Notes under the pieces: model-generated
What the model saw: the letters and a program-made list of their open reading frames with translations, nothing else
Told to the model about the DNA's origin: nothing
Database searches by the model: none
Origin: Smithellaceae bacterium
GTDB taxonomy: Bacteria; Desulfobacterota; Syntrophia; Syntrophales; Smithellaceae
Direction of reading: 5' to 3'
Assembly (NCBI GenBank): GCA_963667845.2
Contig: CAXXVL010000002.1
Coordinates: 544,001-608,000 of the forward strand
Length of the DNA: 64,000 bases
Translations under genes and position numbers: made by a program
Shown here: positions 59,471 through 64,000 of the stretch, one piece after another
Layout of the letters: each line of letters begins with the position of its first letter
How positions within the stretch are numbered: the stretch's first letter is position 1

Positions 59471-60469
59471 TCAATGATGTGCATTAAAGTTTTCCAGCAT
59501 CTGCTTATATGTATTCACAATTTTATTGCTTGTCGAAGATAGATCCATTTCCAATACATGACGACGAAGATCTGGTTCATGGTCAGGAGAAGATAAGACA
59601 TCTATGATGTTGTTCGCAATGATCGCCGGATCAGGCGGGCAAATCCGGCAAATTTCCTCTTGTTTTGCAATCTCAGCAAGATCACTTACATCTGTGGAAA
59701 TAAAAGGTACGTTGCATGCCAGTGCTTCCTTGATGGAATTAGGCCACCCTTCCTTTTCAGATGTGCATAAAATCAAGTCACAAGCCGCCACAAAGAGTGG
59801 CATGTCACTATGAGGTATATCCGTAGCGACGCGCATCCTCAAATTGCCTATTCGAGCATTCGCGCGATCAAAAGCGTCTTTAGCCAGAGCATAGCGCTTC
59901 AAGCCGTTGCTGGTTTTAACTGACGTGAACAATACCCACTTTTCCTGATTGTCAGGATAGCCCAATGCAGCACGGGCCTTTATTTTATCGTACGGAACAA
60001 AATGTGTTAAGTTGATGGGGGACGGCATGACGGTAAGAGGACAATTCGGGTAAAGACTCTTTATTTCTGATGCAATACGGTTGGAAACCGGGAAGACAGC
60101 ATTATACTGATTGATAACTATGCGCGTCATTAGACGCGCTAAACGAGTGTGAAGGAAAGGGAAGATATTTGTTTCCCTTCGGATTGTCCAGTCACTGCCT
60201 CGTACAGACAGCACTTTGGGGATTCCTGTTGCTGCCGCAGTTACTACGGCGCAGGCAGATCCATATTGGGCATGTATGAGATCGTATTTGCCTGACAATT
60301 GCTTGACACATTTACGTGCTTTTAATAAACCCTTTATTGAGCGAAGGTTTCCAACGTACAATAGGGTAAGATCCACGCCAAGTTTGCGAACACCATCCGC
60401 AGAGATGTGCATGAAAACACCGCTGTTCATTATCGCTGGGTCAAAATTATGTATCCAAAGAACCTTCAT
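59471..60469 (-). CDS. Glycosyltransferase family 4
   Basis: DLIHAQYG, SEKEGWPNSIKEALAC. Confidence 0.87.
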   Translation of the reverse strand: MKVLWIHNFDPAIMNSGVFMHISADGVRKLGVDLTLLYVGNLRSIKGLLKARKCVKQLSGKYDLIHAQYGSACAVVTAAATGIPKVLSVRGSDWTIRRETNIFPFLHTRLARLMTRIVINQYNAVFPVSNRIASEIKSLYPNCPLTVMPSPINLTHFVPYDKIKARAALGYPDNQEKWVLFTSVKTSNGLKRYALAKDAFDRANARIGNLRMRVATDIPHSDMPLFVAACDLILCTSEKEGWPNSIKEALACNVPFISTDVSDLAEIAKQEEICRICPPDPAIIANNIIDVLSSPDHEPDLRRHVLEMDLSSTSNKIVNTYKQMLENFNAHH

Positions 60470-60534
60470 TTTATCACATTAGCATCATCTTGGTTTACGA
60501 CAGCGCCCCTCAAAGATATTTATTTGCCTTCCGT

Positions 60535-62430
60535 TCAAGTGATACGAATGTTCATCTTATTCGCCCAAACCACCAAGTTAAGAACTTTCCACAAAAGAGG
60601 TGCGTGATTCTGGCGGCCGGTAATCGTTCGCTCAAATAATTTATGAATATAACAAATATCCAGGACTTCAGGTTGTTCTCGTGCAAACTTGGATAGATGA
60701 TCGAAAAACAATGGTTTAAGTGATGTTTGGAGCCAAGCCCCAAAAGGAACGCCGAAGCCCGTTTTGCGGCCATAGAGAATCTCATCGGGAACGATACCGC
60801 TGAGAGCCGACTTCAGCAGCCATTTCTTCTTTCCGAAGGGTATTTTGCGCTTGCTCGGAAGTTGCACGACATAATCTACCAAATCATTGTCTAGAAAAGG
60901 CACACGGACCTCAAGACTTGCAGCCATGGTAGCTCGATCAACTTTTTCAAGATAAATGTCAGGCAAGATAACCATTAAATCAACCAAAGACATCTGTTTA
61001 CCGATGTCATGTTCGGTGAAAGATTGTTGGCACACGCGATACCGGACAAACGGATCAGATTGCTCAATCACCTGACGAAATCGCGGAGAAAATATGGCTG
61101 ATGGTTTTGACTGCTGATCCTCAATGGTCAGTAACAGTGCCATCGTTGAAGCGAGATCCTCGGCAGCAAAAGCATTTAAGTAACGCCGCACGCGGTAGTG
61201 AAAAGCAGATTTAGGTGTCATACTGTAAAGATGACGCACAAGTTGCGCCATGTTATGCATCCAGCCATAATGACTTAATGTGGAATAGCGCCTGTAGCCC
61301 CCAAACAATTCGTCACCTCCATCCCCTTGCAGGACAACTTTAATCTGCGCGCTAATCTGCGAGGCCATAAGAGATAAAGGGATATTTGCTGCATCCCAGA
61401 AAGGCATATCATGATGATCAACCATCTTCTCAACCAGATAGCCGACATCAACACCTGCGATATGAATTTCGTGATGTTCTGTCCCATAAAGTGCTGCAAC
61501 GCGCTTCGCCTTGGGAAGCTCTCCGCCGTCCTGTGCAAAATCAAATCCAGCTGAGTAGGTTGCCAGGCGCCCCTTGTAATGCCGGGATGCAAAAGCGGCA
61601 ATAGCGCTTGAATCAACACCGCCAGACAAGAATAATCCGACTGGCACATCACTCACGAGTTGTCGCCTGACGGCCTCCTCAAGCAACCGTCTCGTTTCAG
61701 AAATCATGTCCCGCGTATTATGACAAACTGTATCTGATCGACCAGCCTGTTCGTTGAGCGACCAATATTCATGGATCACACACTGAAATGATTTGAGATC
61801 AAGTTCAAGGTAATGCCCGGGTAATAACTGCTTGATGCCCTGATAGAGCGTGCGGCCGCCCAGAGAATTGCCGTAATATAACCACTCATGGAACGAGTCA
61901 ATATTGCATGCCGGCGGATCTTTGCTTAAAGTTAAAATCCCCTTAATTTCCGATGCAAACATCAGGCATTGGTCATCCAAACGATAATAGAGAGGTTTGA
62001 TGCCAAGCCGGTCGCGCACCAGCCACAACTTCTGCAACTGCTTGTCGTAAAGTGCAAAAGCAAACATGCCATTTAGTTTCACTAACGAGGCAAGGCCAAG
62101 TTTTTCGAACGCGCGCAGGATCACCTCCGTATCAGAGTGGGAACGAAGATTGCCGAGTGATAGTTCAACCGCTAATTCTCGAAAATTATAGACTTCCCCA
62201 TTGTATATAATAACAAATCGCCCATCGGCAGAGACCATGGGTTGATTCCCGGCGCACGAAAGATCCAGAATGCTCAGACGCACGTGCCCCAACCACAGGC
62301 TTTGGTCAGAAAACTCTCCGTGAGCATCAGGGCCGCGGTGGTGCAACGCCCGAAGAGAAGACGCACAATCCACCTGACTAATGTGTTTGTTAAACGCTTG
62401 ATTTGAAGCTAATCCGGCTATGCCACACAT
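60535..62430 (-). CDS. asnB: Asparagine-synthase-like glutamine amidotransferase (sugar amidation)
   Basis: MCGIAG, HRGPD, YNGEVYN, RDRLGIKPLY, LSGGVDSS, GDGGDELFGGY, EVRVPFLD. Confidence 0.92.
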   Translation of the reverse strand: MCGIAGLASNQAFNKHISQVDCASSLRALHHRGPDAHGEFSDQSLWLGHVRLSILDLSCAGNQPMVSADGRFVIIYNGEVYNFRELAVELSLGNLRSHSDTEVILRAFEKLGLASLVKLNGMFAFALYDKQLQKLWLVRDRLGIKPLYYRLDDQCLMFASEIKGILTLSKDPPACNIDSFHEWLYYGNSLGGRTLYQGIKQLLPGHYLELDLKSFQCVIHEYWSLNEQAGRSDTVCHNTRDMISETRRLLEEAVRRQLVSDVPVGLFLSGGVDSSAIAAFASRHYKGRLATYSAGFDFAQDGGELPKAKRVAALYGTEHHEIHIAGVDVGYLVEKMVDHHDMPFWDAANIPLSLMASQISAQIKVVLQGDGGDELFGGYRRYSTLSHYGWMHNMAQLVRHLYSMTPKSAFHYRVRRYLNAFAAEDLASTMALLLTIEDQQSKPSAIFSPRFRQVIEQSDPFVRYRVCQQSFTEHDIGKQMSLVDLMVILPDIYLEKVDRATMAASLEVRVPFLDNDLVDYVVQLPSKRKIPFGKKKWLLKSALSGIVPDEILYGRKTGFGVPFGAWLQTSLKPLFFDHLSKFAREQPEVLDICYIHKLFERTITGRQNHAPLLWKVLNLVVWANKMNIRIT

Positions 62431-62448
62431 ATACGCAGTAAGACCCTC

Positions 62449-63585
62449 TTATTTCAGACCAGGAGCGGAATTATTCAGACCAAGTACTTTTTCATATCGC
62501 CGTGCGATATGCTCAATACCATACTGCGCACGTAAATCGTTTAGAGATGGTTTTGCCGGTTTATTATCCAGGGCCGCAATAATTGCCTGAGCCATGGCAT
62601 CAACATCACCTCTCGGCACCAGTGCGCCGTAACGACCACCCATCAAGATTTCTCGGGGACCACTGGGACAATCCGTTGCCACCACCTGCGTGCCGACAAC
62701 CATTGCTTCCATAAGCACATTGGGAAACCCTTCGTATAAAGAAGAAAGGACAAAGACCGCGGAACGAGAGACATACTTGTAGGGATTATCGACAAAACCC
62801 GGAAGATCTACTTTCTCTTCCAGACCAAGTTCATGAATAAGTTCTGCTAAGTCGCGTCTGAGTGTCCCATCCCCAATAATCAATAGGCGGACTTCACGAT
62901 TAAGCAGTACTTTATTGACGGCCAAAATAAGGGTTTCAAAATCTTTCTCCACACCAAGTCGACCCACACCAATGATTACTGGCACTGTTTGACGGTTTAA
63001 AAAAGGGTGATCAACGACCTCGACCGATTTCTCAAGAACACGATCAACATTCAGGCCGTTTGGAATGACAAATACTTTATTCCCTGCAAGTTTTGAGTGC
63101 TTGATTAAATCTTCAGACACCCCTTCAGAGTTGGCAATAACACCCGTTGCCAAAGGATACAACCACCGACGCAATCCATTTATCACATGAGATTTGATGC
63201 CACCCTTTTGAAATTTGTTAGCAATCGAGGGAGTCGTTGCTTCACGCACATAGACGCGAACCCTGTTTCGCACCGCAAATGATGCCGCAATTGCAACTAT
63301 ATTCGCGTGAACCAGTGTGGACAAAAAGACCGCTGGGCGTTTCTGCCATAAGTAGCTAATCAAGGGCACCAGTGAACGCAGAACACCCGTCTTGTTCAGA
63401 TTAATGATTCGTATGCGGCTATCCAATACCCTGGGAGGCGAACGCACACCGTCGGCAAGCAGCAAATCCACAGTAAAGCCATCTTCTGCGAATTGATTGG
63501 CAAGACTGATCATAAAAAGCTCGGCCCCACCACCAGCAAGATTGGGTAAGAAAAGAGCAACGTCAGGTTTTACAAACACCTTCAC
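62449..63585 (-). CDS. Glycosyltransferase family 4
   Basis: GGGAE, VGRL..EKDF, SLYEGFPNVLMEAM, DCPSGPREIL. Confidence 0.92.
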   Translation of the reverse strand: MKVFVKPDVALFLPNLAGGGAELFMISLANQFAEDGFTVDLLLADGVRSPPRVLDSRIRIINLNKTGVLRSLVPLISYLWQKRPAVFLSTLVHANIVAIAASFAVRNRVRVYVREATTPSIANKFQKGGIKSHVINGLRRWLYPLATGVIANSEGVSEDLIKHSKLAGNKVFVIPNGLNVDRVLEKSVEVVDHPFLNRQTVPVIIGVGRLGVEKDFETLILAVNKVLLNREVRLLIIGDGTLRRDLAELIHELGLEEKVDLPGFVDNPYKYVSRSAVFVLSSLYEGFPNVLMEAMVVGTQVVATDCPSGPREILMGGRYGALVPRGDVDAMAQAIIAALDNKPAKPSLNDLRAQYGIEHIARRYEKVLGLNNSAPGLK

Positions 63586-63654
63586 TACCTATAGATTCTT
63601 TCTTGGCCGCAGCCATTAAAACAGTCATTCGCATTTACGACCGGAGGATACAAC

Positions 63655-64000
63655 TTAACCTATGCTAATTTTTTTACATCCAATCAGATAGGCCAGTAAT
63701 ATCGCCTGCAGTGAAGCGCTCATTTTTGTGTACCACATTGAAAACATCGAAATGATAAACCACATAACCACAATGGTAAACATAAAGATCCTTTTATCGC
63801 TTGCCCATTCTTTATTAAAAATATATTTAATGGCCGTTCCAAGCAAATACAAATATACACACACGCCGGGCAACCCGAAGTTTGAGAGTAATTCCAGCCA
63901 ATCATTATGAGCATAATGGCCACCGGTCAATTCCAGTGAGCCTGCAAAGCCATATCCAAAAAAGAAATTCGGAATGGTATCCGGCCTCAACCATTTATTA
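63655..64000 (-). CDS. O-antigen ligase/polymerase family protein (C-terminal part)
   Basis: FFGYG...AHNDWLELL..FGL.G motif with TM helices; the N-terminus lies beyond the window. Confidence 0.75.
   Translation of the reverse strand, partial: NKWLRPDTIPNFFFGYGFAGSLELTGGHYAHNDWLELLSNFGLPGVCVYLYLLGTAIKYIFNKEWASDKRIFMFTIVVMWFIISMFSMWYTKMSASLQAILLAYLIGCKKISIG

Overview
Bacterial chromosome segment. Gene content and style suggest a Desulfobacterota/Syntrophales-like anaerobe (inference). (1) 1-3.3 kb: ADP-forming acyl-CoA synthetase alpha/beta genes with a MarR regulator and two matching operator-like boxes. (2) About 3.4-31.2 kb: a layered accessory region, visibly AT-rich from about 6.6 kb, built at a tRNA-Arg(ACG) attachment site. 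A clean 3' tRNA half with an IHF box lies at 6957-7023 and a decayed copy at 3372-3426. The adjacent tyrosine integrase has an unusual ~116-aa insert. The cargo includes an IHF/HU subunit, a macrodomain pair, a PLD-nuclease/Smr-like operon, and a complete His-Xaa-Ser radical-SAM RiPP cluster (hxsD-B-C-A) flanked by a lipoprotein and an FkbM-like methyltransferase. It also holds two oppositely oriented integron cassette arrays marked by ~55-bp attC sites with no integron integrase (cargo: HEPN, PUA/EVE-like, PD-(D/E)xK and UPF0489-like proteins), and a Rep_trans-like initiator with upstream hairpins. The island ends in a 5'-truncated yjbQ rather than the expected intact tRNA. (3) 31.6-54.6 kb: core genes suhB, rodZ, tatA, ssb, lysS, lolE/C-lolD-bamA-skp-lpxD-lpxA-gnnA-gnnB-lpxB-msbA-lpxK-lpxL-waaF-gmhB-heptosyltransferase and wzi. 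(4) 54.8-64 kb: a minus-strand surface-polysaccharide cluster. All calls come from reading motifs by eye; no database searches were run.
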